The notes under the pieces are model-generated. The model did no database searches and was not told the DNA's origin. It saw only the letters and a list, made by a program, of their open reading frames with translations. The position numbers and the translations under genes were made by a program. This document shows positions 36,081 through 50,101 of a stretch of 64,000 nucleotides of DNA, piece after piece; within the stretch, counting starts at the first letter, position 1, and every line of letters starts with the position of its first letter. Source of the stretch: Takakia lepidozioides (taxonomy: Eukaryota; Plantae; Bryophyta); contig CM060734.1 in assembly GCA_030704615.1 (NCBI GenBank), positions 21,638,001 through 21,702,000 of the forward strand, in the 5' to 3' direction.

Positions 36081-38879
36081 TGTGAAGGTTGGATTCCTCC
36101 CTACCTTGCTTTTGGGTTGGATGAATGATCTGGATGAATGATTCGCGGATGGAGCTGCATGAGCCATGATGTTTCTACGCTAGCATGAGCTGTCACAGCT
36201 AAACCATATTAAGTTAAGTTTGTCTTTTAGTTAACAGTTAGTTTAGGATCAGGGTCATCCTATGTGGCCACTTATGTGTGATGGCAGTAGTTCGTAATCT
36301 GGCTGGCCAATGGCAGCACAGACACCTGTATTCGTGATTAGCCGATTGACACCTCTATTTAAACGGAACCCTGGGTCTCTCAGGGGGTGGTTGATTTTGG
36401 ATCTCATGAGTTGTACGAGCTGGTTGTGAGAAAGATTGCATGTGGTTGGATGAAAAGTAGTGACAGTGTATGACACTTGAACAGATTCTTCCCTGTCTAG
36501 CGAGCGCTGCCCTATAGAGCATACAACCCCAGTATAGGTAATTTCCCGGGATAGAGAGGAATAATCGCACGGCCCTGGAATCATGGTGGAGATGGGGGGC
36601 ATTGCGAAAATTCATCTCTGCTAATGGATGAGGTTTGATCATTGTTGTAACTGTTTTGGCAGGAGAATCAGGGTACCCTTACACTAGCCTTGATGATTTG
36701 CTTCTTACTTCCCCATCCTCCGTTCCATCTGCTGTTCCTGTTGTTACTGATCCTTTTGCATTGTGTAACCTACTGGATTTCCCTTATGTCCCTGCTGATT
36801 TGCTTGATGCATGGGATTTAGCACAGTTTGATGTTCATTAATTCTCTCCTTTGGTGCTTTGCATAATGGGCAGTCTGATAGCCTGCAATCTGGTTTGGCT
36901 CTGACCCTTACCTCCGTCCAGTTCATTGTTATCCAGCTTCTAGCTTTGCTTGTTTATCTAGACCAAGGGATTGAGTTATTCTCTAAGGCCTGCTTACACC
37001 CTCATAGGCAGCCATTGAAAGGATGACATGACTCATGAAGGGAAGACAACGGGGGCGGCCACTTTCCATTTACACCTGCTCTAACCGCTGCTGTGTGGCC
37101 ATGAAGGTAGTAAGCATGGATGACCCACTCTACGATGCTCTACTCCATAGGTACAAAGCCGACACCCACTTAAGTGACATATCCAAGCTGCTTATGAGGC
37201 AAGTCAAATATCACTCACCCACCCACCGGGAAAGTGAAGGGCGTTTGTTCAAAGTTGATACTTTGGAAGGCCAATCTGTTGTGGAAGTCCCTCCTAGGTC
37301 CTCTCTTCCTACCTTGCTTGAACTTTATCATGCATCTACCTATGCTGGTCATCTGGGGGTTAACAAGACAGTCAAGCGTATTCAGGAACAATACCATTGG
37401 AATGGTTTAGTTAAAGATGTTTCAGCTTTTATTGCTCGATGCGTACCTTGCCATGCTAAAACCATATTGCCTAGAACCGAAGCTCCACTCCCCTTGCAGC
37501 CAATCCCTGTTACCGAAGCCTTTGCACAGGTTGGCCTAGATCTAGTTGGACCCTTTAAACCCACGTCCAATGGCCATGCATACATTGCCGTTGCTACGGA
37601 TTACCTGACGAAATGGGTAGAGCTCCGACCCCTGGTTGCTAAGGACAATGATGAGGTCGTACAATTCTTCTTTGATAAGGTGATTCTCCGCCATGGGTGC
37701 CCTCTCGAGATCCTCACGGATCAAGGTACTGAATTCTGCAATCAGCTCATGGAGATTGTTTTGTTCAATCTAAATACTAAACATGCTGTGACTGCTTCCT
37801 ACAACCCCCAATGCAATGGCTTGACTGAGAGATTTAACCAAACTATGTGTAGAATGCTGAAGAAGAATGAGACCCTTATAGATGAGTGAGACATTGCCCT
37901 TCCTATTTTGCTATTTGCCTACCGTACTTCCATTCATGTAAGTACCAAGATATCTCTCTTTGAATTGTTGTATGGATGAAAGTGTCGTAGCCCTTTACAT
38001 CTCTCCTGGCTGCAAGTTTCTGCTACAGAACCTGAAAACTGAGAAGCCTTTTTGCTTTCCATGGATGCCAAACGTCGTCAGTTACGAGAAACGGCCAAGT
38101 CTAACATTCGCTTTGCTCAAGCCTCCCAGGCTAAGCATTACAATCGCAAGGTGGTATATTGTGAATCCTTCAAAATTGGACAATCAGTTTGTGTCCGTCT
38201 TCAGGCTGGTAAGCAAGTTTCGAAAACTAAAAGCGCATTGATGGCCCTTATCTTATCACTGACATTTTACTTGGAGACAGTATGTTCTTCTTCCACAACA
38301 TGCCTCTACTCCTCATTTGGCTAGTTCAATTTATGTGTCTCTCTTAGTTCCCTGCACTCTAACGTTTGACTTGACATGTTTGAATGTGGAAAATAGACAG
38401 GTGATTTACATCCCTTCTAGGGCTGCACTCTCCCGCTTACAATCAGCTGTCTCAGACTCTTAGTTAGTGTTTTTCTATTTTCTTCGTGATAGCTTATGGC
38501 ATCACCTTGTTCCACTCATGGGGTTTTTCCAGTTAGATCTTTTATCCTTCGCCCAACTTGCAGCGGCAAGGTTTTGTTCCACTGGTTTTTTCATCCCATG
38601 GGTGCCGGATGCCTAGCCTTGTAGTAATTTTTCTTAGTACCCCTGTCTTCTTCTCTCTCAGCTCGCTCACATTAGTGGGCCAGCAAGCTTCACATATGTG
38701 AAAGTTGGATTCCTCCCTACCTTGCTTTTGGGCTGGATGAATGATTCGCGGATGGAGCTGCATGAGCTATGATCGCTAGCATGAGCTGTCACAGCTAAGC
38801 CATATTAAGTTAAGCTTGTCTTTTAGTTAACAGCTAGTTTAGGATCAGGGTCATCCTATGTGGCCACTTATGTGTGATG
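36081..38879 (+). mobile_element. Deleted Ty3/gypsy-like LTR element retaining only the integrase (37035-38324)
   Basis: Direct repeats starting TGTGAA at 36081 and 38697 (~185-200 bp shared, right copy truncated). HHCC (HASTYAGH..CVPC) and DDE (LDLVG, TDQGTEF, NGLTERFN); stop at 37887-37889. Confidence 0.88.
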
Positions 38880-40706
38880 TTTTGCGACGACCTGGTAGAA
38901 GACTGGGCACGCCAACTGAAGCAATTTCATTGCTTAAAGTGTCCGAAACAAACCCTCCGCATCCAGACAACCGAGTCCTTTGAGTTAAGACATTGAGAAT
39001 GATACAAAAGTGTATTGGAAAAACCCAGTTGTGAAGACTGTAGCCAGTTCCGAAACACCAAACCATCCCTTCAGATTTGTTACAAAGAGATCAGGGACAT
39101 CCTCCTGGATGTTGTAGGGTCCAGACAGCGAGCAGTGTATTAAAGAATCAGATCTTGAGTTTATATGATGAATTAGCTTGATGCTGAACATCCTCTCTGC
39201 CTCCCTTACACCTTGCATTCAATCATGCTGTTCAAATTCAGATGAAGAGTTGCAAACTGCTGGCAATGTTACCATCCTCCCATGGTACTACTACCCTGAC
39301 CCTCCCAAAAACCACTGCTCTTCCTGTTGATATAGCAAGTCTGTTTTCCGTTGTATTGTGACAATTTACGAGGATTTGGACGTGGCTTACCTGCAAGTCC
39401 TCAAAGGAAATTTACTGACATCAATATATGCTACAAGAGAGATTCACCTGCTCTGAACATCATCCCAGAATTCCAACAAAGTTTCCGGATGTAGTATCCA
39501 GCGATTGCAAAATCCCCCACCTTTCGCTACACGTTCATGCAGTTGCATCAACGATCAATTGAGTTCAAGAAACATGAGCGTGAAGGAAACCACGAGATTG
39601 CCAACGTGATGAACCCAATCAGCCGCAGCAACAGAACGTACCGAAGGAAACACGTTTCAGACATAGTCTCGTGGGATCACCTTGAATTCGTACCCTTCTC
39701 GAAATTCACAATCCGAAAACCTTCTCTCACTCTTTTGAAAAGGGTGCGGACTGCTATTTCTAGAGTGGACAGAGAGAGAGAGAAGGAATTCCGCCATGCC
39801 ATTTGTGTTTTTCCGCTGTTGAGTTGCGAAAAGAGCTACAGAGAGGGAGGTGGGGCAGACTCAACCCGAGCCACTTTCAACAGGAAGAATTCCAGCAAAT
39901 AATCTACAAGTGAACCTTGTTGCAGCAATTCGTGTTCCTTGCTCCTTGGCGGCATACCCTTATGTGGGTGTTTCTCTCTTTTACACTTTTGTGTGTATCT
40001 CTTGCTGTCCCTGTTATCTCACCAACCCATCTCTGCACGCAGATGAGATTTCCAGTGTTTCTGATTGAAAGATTATATGCATTTTCTATGTTCATACACT
40101 CGGTTGACTATCCCTTATTTACAACCGGGAAGGGCCTCCAGTGCGAAGTACCATTGCACGGAGGATGGCTCTCGTAGATGCGTCACAAGCCGCCTATTTA
40201 CAGCTCATGAAAGCGTGCATGCATATTGCATTTGATGTCGTAATTGGTGCAGCGTATCAATGTGCTAAGTAATTTGGGGAGATTGAGTGCCCTGGATTTC
40301 AAAAGATGATTACCGCAGTCGAGAACACTCGTTAAAGATACACTTGAGGAAACTTCATGACACCCGAAAAATGTGCCTAAACCTCGAGTTTTGCATCTTG
40401 AGAGGTGGAAGATTTCAGTCATTACTCGCGTGGGCTATGTGGACCCTTTCTTCCCTTCGTATGTTTAATGAGTAGATCCTCCCTTTTAAACGCTGGACCC
40501 TGTCGGTTATCTTCTTTGGAGGCCCCATTCATTCCAAGATTTAGTAGCAAGGTTGTCAGCCCAACAAGCCCAACAAGCTCCAAAGCCACTTGGAGAGCTT
40601 GTTGCTGACGGTTTGAGGAAGAATGAAGACAAGTTGACTCTTGACAATGGAACCTGGGAACCATGATTTCTGAGAACATGATGTGTGGATGCTGATTTCT
40701 GTGCAG

Positions 40707-43700
40707 GGTGGCAGATATGGATACACTCCGGGTTCTGGTAGCCACTGACTGCCATTTGGGTTATATGGAAAAAGATGAACTGTGCGGACATGATTCATTC
40801 AATGCCTTTGATGAGATCTGCTCAATTGCCTCACAGCGCCAGGTGTGTACAGTTCTCTTTATTGGAACTTCTGCTGAGGTTTGTATATTTTCCATGGCTG
40901 CTTCACAAGGTTTTGGGTGTCATCTGCATAATTTGAGATTTCTGTGAGGGGGAGGGAGAGATGACAGAGAAGAGCAGGAGAAAGAGCAAGGCCGGAAGTT
41001 TCTTGGTGAACCATGGTGGAGGCTGTGGCATACAGGTTGATTTTCTGCTCTTAGGAGGAGATCTATTCCATGAAAACAAGCCTTCCAGATCCACACTGGT
41101 GAGAACCATTGAGATTCTACGAAGATTCTGCCTCAATGACCGACCAGTCCAATTTCAAGTTGTTAGTGATCAGACCATCAACTTTCCTAACATGTATGCT
41201 CTGCTACCTTTTTCTCTTTGCTACATCATGCAGGATGATCATTTGATATTCCATAATTGTGTTGGCAGCTTTGTGATGATGTTTGCAGCAGTCCATCACA
41301 AACCCCTTCACAAGGCATCTTCCGCAGCACACTCTTTAAAAGAGATGCAGCAAAAGCATACTGATAGTGGCATCAATACTCCACATTACTGTGGGAAAAC
41401 CACCAACCCAGAAGTCATGGTGGTTTGGGCGGAGACATATGATGTTAGTAAGACTGGTTGGATTGTCAACTTTACTTGAAGATTTTGTAGGGTGTTATAT
41501 TGATGATTGCGCAATCTGATGATAATCGGTATAATATCAACTTTCTCTTTTGTCCGATTTGTGTTTTGTGAAGATTTGGACATGTCAACTATAAGGACCC
41601 CAACTTCAATGTGGGTTTGCCTGTCTTCACTATTCATGGAAACCATGACGATCCAGCTGGTGTGGTGCGTATGATATGTTGCGGTTATTTAAATTGCATG
41701 TTTGCCTTTCTTCAGGTAGATGACTAGACTCTATGTTTTCTGCCCCAGCAGAGTCACATCCCTGACTATTTTAATTCTGTTATTGATTCTGGTTGTCATT
41801 TTCAGGATAATCTGTCAGCGATAGATATTCTGGCTGCCTGCAATCTGGTCAATTATTTTGGGAAGGTGGTGCTAGGGGGGACTGTTGGAGGAAGAGTCCA
41901 AGTTTTCTGGCTTTCTCTGCAAGTGGTTATATCGTTGGGGTGACACATCTACCTCTAACAGCCTTTAGACTGTGTTTTCGATAAACCACCACAGTTGGAC
42001 ATGACATTCATCCTGTAACTCAAGACTGTAGAAAGAGGGAATGTGTTATTTTCTTCAATGTGTTTCACCTCCAGCTCTATCCAGATATGTAGCAATATTC
42101 TATTCTTTGTGAGTTTCTTTCTTTCAGCCGGGGCATGCTGTTTGACATGCACTTTTGTTGTGCTCCCTTTCTGTAGCACATGTTCCACTCCCCTTACAAA
42201 TAGCTATGCAGCATCACAAGGAGCTGTTTCTACTTCTCAGTTACATCTGGTCTTGGGGGTTGCAAAAGTTAACAAGATGACTTCAAAGCAACAGAGTGAT
42301 GGACAGGGTTTGGGATTCATCTTCGGTTCCATCCTGGAGATTTCAACTGTAGTGATCTATCTTGTGGGTTTTGTGGGGTATCCCCAGGGCTCAACTAAGG
42401 TCGCTTTATATGGCCTTGGAAACATCCGTGATGAGCGTCTTAACCGCATGTTCCAGGTCTGAAACCAAACCATGGAATTTCATTCTTACCTGTGGCTGCA
42501 CACATCGTTAGCTTCTTGGCTTGTGCCCCTTGTACCTTGGTGGACACTTTGATCATGTCTAGCAAAATACAGTACAGTTCAACTGGAAACCAAAAGAAGA
42601 TGTAAACAACTTCAAAGTAGAAGCTCGGTTCAAGAAATATAGTGGTCTAAGATTTATAAAAGGAGAGAAAGAAGATAAAATATCATGAGTGCTTGTCACA
42701 TGTAGACCCCACACGGAGTGCAATGGATTCGACCTGAAAGCCAGGAAGGCTGCCCTGCCTCAGAGTGGTTCAACATCTTTGTCCTGCATCAAAACAGGTG
42801 TCTCGTCTCTCTGTTCTCCTCCCCTGATACATATCGCTACCTGAAGAGAGAGGGTGGATGTGCATGTCGACCTGGTCTTTAGGATGGTCACGGATATCAA
42901 TTGCACTGGCCTTGGGTCATGCATCAATCAGAGTATGTGACTTCTTTCTGCCAGACATTCTTCATCCGACATCTACACATTCTTGTGAACCTGTGGAGGC
43001 TGTCTCCATAATCTCTGTGTTCTTATGCTACATGTGTGTGGACTCAAACGGCTTGGCTGATCTCAAGAAGAGATGTGCATATCAATGTAGAGTTAGTTTT
43101 TGGCACTGAATCAGGTTCTACTGTCCCAAAATTGCTGTCTTTGTCAGAGTTAAGGCAAATCCAAAGAACGCCATCAATGAGCACTTTCTGGCACGATTCC
43201 TGGACTTCGTCATCTGGGGCCATGAGCATGAGTGTCGTATAGATCCACAGGTACTCTTCTTTGCTTCAGCTACATAGCCCCCCTGAGAACATTGGGGACT
43301 ACTTGTGGATGGGAGAGAATATTTGTGCAGGTCTTCCTTCATATTTGATGAAATATTTGTCCATGCTGGTTTCCAAGTAAGTGAGGAGCTTACTCCCTCA
43401 GGTGTAGTCTTAATTTTTGAGAGCATGTCCATTGATTAGTCTAGGTTGAAAAGTGCACACCTGGTCAGGGTCCTAGCATCCAAGATTTGGTCTTTGCATA
43501 TGGTGGGAAGGCAATGGGTTTTGATTCAATCCTGTGTGCCTTAATTGGGTGTGTTATGCATGTTCACGATCAGGTGATTTTGGCCTAGGCTAATCTCCAA
43601 ACTTGCTTACAATTGGAGTGGAAAACAGCGCTCTAAATGTTGGAGTATCGCGGTAGCATGCAGGAAGTGCTCGGAATGGGCTTCCATGTGACACAGCCAG

Positions 43701-46700
43701 GCTCCTGAGTGGCTACATCACTCATTGATGGGGAAGCCAAGCCCAAGCATGTTCTCCTTCTAGAGATCAAGGTCTGCATCTCCATGGTTGATTATTCCTA
43801 AGTTCAAGCACTGATCAGGAAAATTGTTGTGGAGTGATGTCTATGTAGACCTTAGATGCATATGTGACACGACAGGGGTCCTGTTCCATAGGAATCATGG
43901 ACTGATGTTTGTGCTTCTGTAGCAGTGTCTCTGGGGCAAAGAAAAGAACCGTGCATTAAACAAGGATGAAAGGACAAGGGCAGCCCATCCACTATCATCG
44001 CATTGAAGACATGTATTTAAAGGCTCTGGGTTACATTGAGCTTGATGTCACTTGAATCCAATGTCTCTCATGATCCCTTTACCTGTCGATGCAGGGGAGC
44101 CAGTACCGCCCAACAAAGATCCCACTAAAATCTGTGAGACCTTTTGAATTTGCTGATGTGAGTCATACATATCTGCATTCTCAGAGACAGAGATGGACAA
44201 GTGTTAATACTGCTGGATGTCCACATTTTCTTTGTTGCTCCCCTTTGTGTCCGGTCTGTACAGGAAGTCCAGATTGGCAGACACTTGAAGTATTCTTTGA
44301 TAGTTTTGCTTTGGTGTAATTTACAGTTTGAAAGATTGGCAATTTGTATTTTCTTAAAGCTGACCATATTTTCCAACCTTCTTGTCATTGCTGCTGTGAT
44401 GTGCTCTTTAGGTTTCACTGAAGGTTGAGCCTGATCTGGACCCTAATGATCAAACTGCTGTTCTTGGGCATTTGGGAAAAGTGGTAAGTGTCTCAGTAGC
44501 CCATTTCATTAATTCTCCAAAGCACCAGGCTCTAGTGTGTCAGTTAAGTCTCGAGTTTTGCAATGTGATCTGCCATGTCAATTTGGGTCCACGGCCGTCT
44601 TACCAAAGTATACATTCAAACCTCAATGCCATGACTATCTTTTAGGATTCTTTGCTATTGTCAACTCTGAGGTCAAGAAAACCGTGCTTTGTCGCGTTAT
44701 TAGACCTGCCTTGGAGTACGGATCTGCTATATGGGTTGATAACTCCAACCAGGCTAAGTCTCTAGAATCCATTCAAGTGGGGGTGCTTAAGGAGTGTATG
44801 TCAGCATGCTCCAAAACAGCCAATGTGGCTGTTCGGGGTGAGTTTGGCATTCCGTCCCTAAGCTCCCGACGAGATGAATTCAAGGTCAGATGGTGGGGTC
44901 AGCTGCAACATATGCCCAACACCAGATATCCTAAGTTAATCGACTCTATATCTTGGAAACAGGACCGCCCTGTCAAACAGGCTAAGTCCTGGCAGAAGAG
45001 AGTAGAAGAGATCCTCAAGGACCTGGACCTGGATCCGCAAGTCTTGACCCTGCTGGATAAATCTGACTTAGAGGCTGTAGTGTCCTCAGCCATGTCTGTT
45101 GCCATGAGATTGTCTGATGAAAATGAAGTTAGGCAGAAAACTTCCCTGAACTTGTTTCCAGTCTGTGACGTGGGGGAGGACATCTTGGATGACCTCAAGG
45201 GTCTACCCACTCTCGGCACTAGACTGAAATTTAAACTCAGGGCAGGAAGCCTACCTTTGAACAGCACACAGACGCAGAGAGGAAAGGGAGAGTGCAATTG
45301 CCCGTTGTGTGGGCAATCTGAAGACAGTATTCATTTTCTGATACACTGTCCGGGGTTCTCTCACCAAAGAGACGCTCTCTTCAAATCTATTAAGGGAATT
45401 GTGCCTGTACCCCTGTTTACCAACTTTGAAAGTCTCGAGGCTGAGCCAAATCCCAGGCCCTCCTGAGGCCTAGTTTTTGGGCAAATCACACAGCAGATTG
45501 ATGCTTGTGTGAAGGGATTTCTAGAGGATATCTGGAAAACCCGGATTAATTCTTTATATGGAGGTAAGTCTTACTACCAACGTCAGCCCCTGACAGAGGT
45601 AGGTTCTGTCCCTTTTGTTCCCGCTCAAACTGGGTGCGGGGTCAATGGCCACAAGGCTACGGCAAACAACGTCTTATGAGTACAATCTTTGCTATTGTTG
45701 CAATAGGCAGACCTATAACTACCACAAAGAAAATAATTGTGGTGACAGGTAAATGACTTAGTAGCAAAAGCGGCTGAGAAGACTGTGGGCCGACCAGAAG
45801 CCGTGCTGCCCTTGGTCAGGGTACGGGTGAGTCACATCTCAAATTATCTTGAACTCCCCAGCTATGGTTTGCACACATCATAGTTGTATGGTGCATCCAC
45901 ATTGGTTGCTAACACCCATATTAGTTTACGAAGTCTTGTGTGAGACAGACATTAACAATTTAGAGTTAAGTGCCCTGTTGTTTTAAGGATGGGTCTGAAG
46001 ATGAGGTTTGAAAAATTAGAACAAATATTACGAAGTACAATCACATTCATCAAGCAAGCAAAGCACAGCTTAAAACTTCAATTGAAGTCTCGAAGGGCTA
46101 TCTCTGATATCTGTCCAGATTGAGATGACCAAAGTCGAAGCGCAATGCCATTCTCTCTGTTTGATTATTTATATACCCCAACAGGTATTTTCTATCCACT
46201 TTATAAATTCTTCATGAATGCTAAGGGACAAATTGCAGATTTAGTAACGTTATCATCATCTGACAACCAGAACTTAATAAACACCTCTTAATGCTGAACT
46301 TGTGAATACAGACTGGATCAGTGCTTTGAACAGTTTCATTGAAATAGTTGTTGATAGAGGAGCTCTCTTCATGAAGTGCAGGTGGACTACACAGGCTTCT
46401 CGACAATCAATCCACAGCGGTTCGGCCAAAAGTTTGTTGGTAAGGTGAGATGTCCTGTCTAATCGCGATAGGAATAGTGTTCTCATCTGCTCAAATCTGT
46501 TCTCATCTTGTATTTCGAAGATACATATGTGGCGTAAGGAATAACCAAAAACAAGACTGGTCTGAAGGTGTATGGTTAATCATCAATTACAACCTTGACA
46601 AGTGTCTGTAAACTTGTTGTGGAGGACATATCTGTCTGTATTCATTGTTTTGGTCAGCTCTGCTGATGTATTATTGTAGAACTCCCAGGTGTGGTCAACA

Positions 46701-49700
46701 ATTTGCCCACACAAAACCAAAACCATGTCTTGAGTAACAGTTTACCAGCATATTTAGTCTGGTATAGAGATACACTGTAGACTTAGGCAAAGGATTTATC
46801 TGTTGCCAGTCTCAATTGATTCAACTTCTGCTGGAGTATACCCCTCTTTTAGATCAATATGCAAAGATGTGTTTGATTGAGGAAATTCAACACTTATCAC
46901 GTGAAGTTGATTGCCATGGTGCTTGCAGGTAGCCAATCCAAATGACATACTTCTCTTTACAAAAGCAGCAAAGAAGAGAGCTCTAGGGGATGGTATCTCT
47001 CTCTCTCCCTGAAGGAGATTTTCCACCTTCACGCCATGCTTAGTAGTTCTTTGCTCCTGCAGTTTTATGGTTTGGTTCTTTCACCTGTTATCCTCAGGGG
47101 TTAATTAGTACATCTTCAGTGACACATGAGCAATAAGTGCCCGATTGACCTTCATGGGGATGTTGGGCTGGAAACAGACATGATTGATGAGAAGGAAAAG
47201 CTGCGGCCAGAGGAATTGAACCAACAAAACATTGAAGCCCTTGTTGCTGAGAGCAATCTGGTTGGGCATTCCACAAATACTTTTTGGAGAGAAACAAGCA
47301 TTGAAAACTCATCTTACTAGGCTACCTAAATGTATGGTTTGGGTAAAGTGCATTGGCCTATCTTCTGCTCACCAGAAATCCGTCGGAATTGACCCCTCTT
47401 CAGGTTGGGAGGGAAGGAAGGTTTGGCATTGTTGTTAGAACGCTGGGTATACAGAATAGGCCTACAGACTGCAAGAGCTAAGCGATTCTCTAGCTGCAGG
47501 CTGGCCTCTGTCTTGTCTATTTACAAGGAGGGATATGGGGTTTGCAGAAAATGGAGATTTTACCTGTTTCCAATCTAGGCATGGCGCTACAAGATTTTGT
47601 GCACAAAGATGACAAACAAGCATTCTACGCCTGTGTTCAACATAATTTGGATGAGACACAGGCATACCATATACTTTGTGTTACTCCATGAGTGATGTTA
47701 TTGCTGTTACACATAGTGTGGTAATTCACTTCTATTCCCATGTATTGGAAAATGCCAACATATGAACCTTATCTGGCTTGTTTATTATCAAGCCTTTCAG
47801 AGCCCTTGATGGCAATGTCTCATGTTGTGGCAGCAGCTTACTACTATCAAATAGGGCTGGTTCTGCCATGGAATGAGTCACTTGGTTCTCATTTATCAAA
47901 GAACGCTTGGTGTTTCTAGCCTACAAGGCACACTTCTATTGAGCCTGGATGTAAGGTTGAAACAGTTGTGTGCTGTTGTACAGAGCAAGATTGCCCAGGA
48001 AGCTGACCCTAAGCAAATACAGGAGGAGAAAGATGTGATAGTGAAAGTGAGTGAGCACATGCAAGTCAGTCCCTTTCCTTTTCCAACGTTTGCTGAATAG
48101 AAGTTTCAATAAGGAATCATGGTGTATACGCAAGTCTTCCAGCTGATTTTGCAGATGTGTACGTGCCTTGAACATGAAACACTGGTTTGTATTACTGTCT
48201 GTAACATGTTGCCACCTTGGTGCTAGGTTTGGAACTTGGGATAGCGTAAAACTCCACTTCTAGGTATATTACAGAGGCAAGTTGCTTAAGGTTGAGAGGG
48301 CAGGTTTGGGTTTGAAGCTCTCTGGTGTTGAGTGTGCAGCAACGTGAGAATCAGGCAATTCCCAAATATAGAGCAGGACCATCATCTCCTTCTGATCCTT
48401 CTTCAGCAGTTGAACGGCATGGATCCCAGGCAACATCCCTTGTGCACTTGTTTGCAAAGACTGATTCTGTGCTCGCGTGTTTCCCTTAACCTAAAGAACT
48501 AATGTGAAATACTGCTGAAATTTTGGAGGTCGTCTTAGCAGGAGGATGTGAGTCTTGATCCAGGATGTTGATGGGCTTTAGCTACTGGCAGTTGTCTAGG
48601 TCTAACCTTCTAAGCTGTTGGAATAAGGTTGGTGGTTACTTACAATTGAAATTGTATGTGATTGTGGGTTTTCCAGTCTGCCTTAGCCCACAGCTCAGGA
48701 GGGAAATCCAGTGGCAAAGTTGTCAGAAGTGAAGAGTTCAGTGGTGATGAGGTCCTAGGGCAAAGGGTGTTGGCAACAAAAGCAGCTACTCCAGCCAAAC
48801 GTGGAAGGCCTTCTAGCCAGGGAAGTACAGATAAAGCTGAGATCTCTGGCAGACGGGGTAGAGGAAGCCGCGGTAGAGGCCGAGGATCACGGGGCAGTCT
48901 AACGCAGACAACACTAGATGTAATCCGGCAGCCACGTCCTTCCAGAAGGTGGATTTTGTTGGCAGTTGCTCAAATTCTAGCTCAGTTGTTCTCATAAATT
49001 CCTAGGATGAATATTTCTTGTGTCACATTTATTTGAATCTGGAAGTGGATAGAAGGTGAATACGAGAATCTAACGAGTCACCCATTTCCTAGTGTCTACA
49101 TAGCATGGCAGGTGTGAATATTGCTCTAGAATGTAATTCTCAGGTGCGCTTGAGTTCAGGGCTGCCTCTGCAGCTTTGCAGAGAATAAGCGAGAGTGATG
49201 ATGAGGGAGCTGTCCCTAGTGGTCACAACTCTGACAAGGAGCCAGAGGAGCCAGACAGTGATTCGGTACATCCTTCAGCATGTATATTCAGTTTCAATCC
49301 AATATGGCATGGAGAAAATCTGTGGTACACTCATTTAGATGGCTTGGCTAAACACAGTTCTGTCATACTGCCTATGCACCTGAACGTGTGTCTTTTGCCT
49401 AATTTGAAATCTGCATTATTTTGTGAGGACACAGCAACTAAGAAAGGTGATTGCATGTGGAGGAGGTTGTCAGTTTAATAACAGCTGACAACCAGATCAT
49501 AGTTGAGCATATCGAAGGAACATATATTCTGCTTAACACTTAATATGTTTCAAATTCACCAGTATCCTGCCACACCTGTACCTAGAAGAGAGGATGATAA
49601 ATGATGAAGCAGGATCTCATCAACTACCCGGCAAGAAAGAGACCAGCACCTACAGGGTCGCAGAGAGGGGGGAGAGCTGCAGCCGCAAAGCGAGGCAGGG

Positions 49701-50101
49701 GAGCAAGCACACCAGTGCCAAGGACCAGGTTTATAGATGATGATGATGATGTTGAAGATGAAGACACTACAGTAGACCCCAAGAAATCAACTGGAGCTTC
49801 CGCTTCCCAGGTATTTCTAGTTTGGGTCCCAGCTTGATTGAAAGTGCATGTTTGGATGCCCTTTGGGAGAACAGATTTCTACAGTTCCTCACTGAATCGC
49901 ATAGGATGTTTGTATGAGGTTCCTGCAAAATTGTCTGTTAGTCATGGTCTGAGGTTATGGTGATCGCACTCATTTCCTATGTAGAGCTGGATGTTGGAGA
50001 TGCTCAGATGGCATAGTTTCCTAAACGCAATTAGGTTGATGTTATTTTTGGCTTACTTTTCCTGACAGGGGCGCCACAGCTGGGGATCTCTTCGACGGTA
50101 G
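40707..50101 (+). pseudogene. MRE11: MRE11 double-strand-break repair nuclease, multi-exon, apparently disrupted
   Basis: [82 protein letters not shown]-rich region, final WGSLRR* (50069-50101). In-frame TGA at 43706-43708 (TQPGS*VATS); the exon after FGKVVLGG loses homology at ~41885. First exon not located. Confidence 0.9.
44662..45685 (+). mobile_element. RTEX-like LINE copy 3, 5'-truncated, in an MRE11 intron
   Basis: Near-identical to copies 1 and 2; TSD TCTTTGCTATTGT at 44649-44661 and 45686-45698. Confidence 0.95.
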
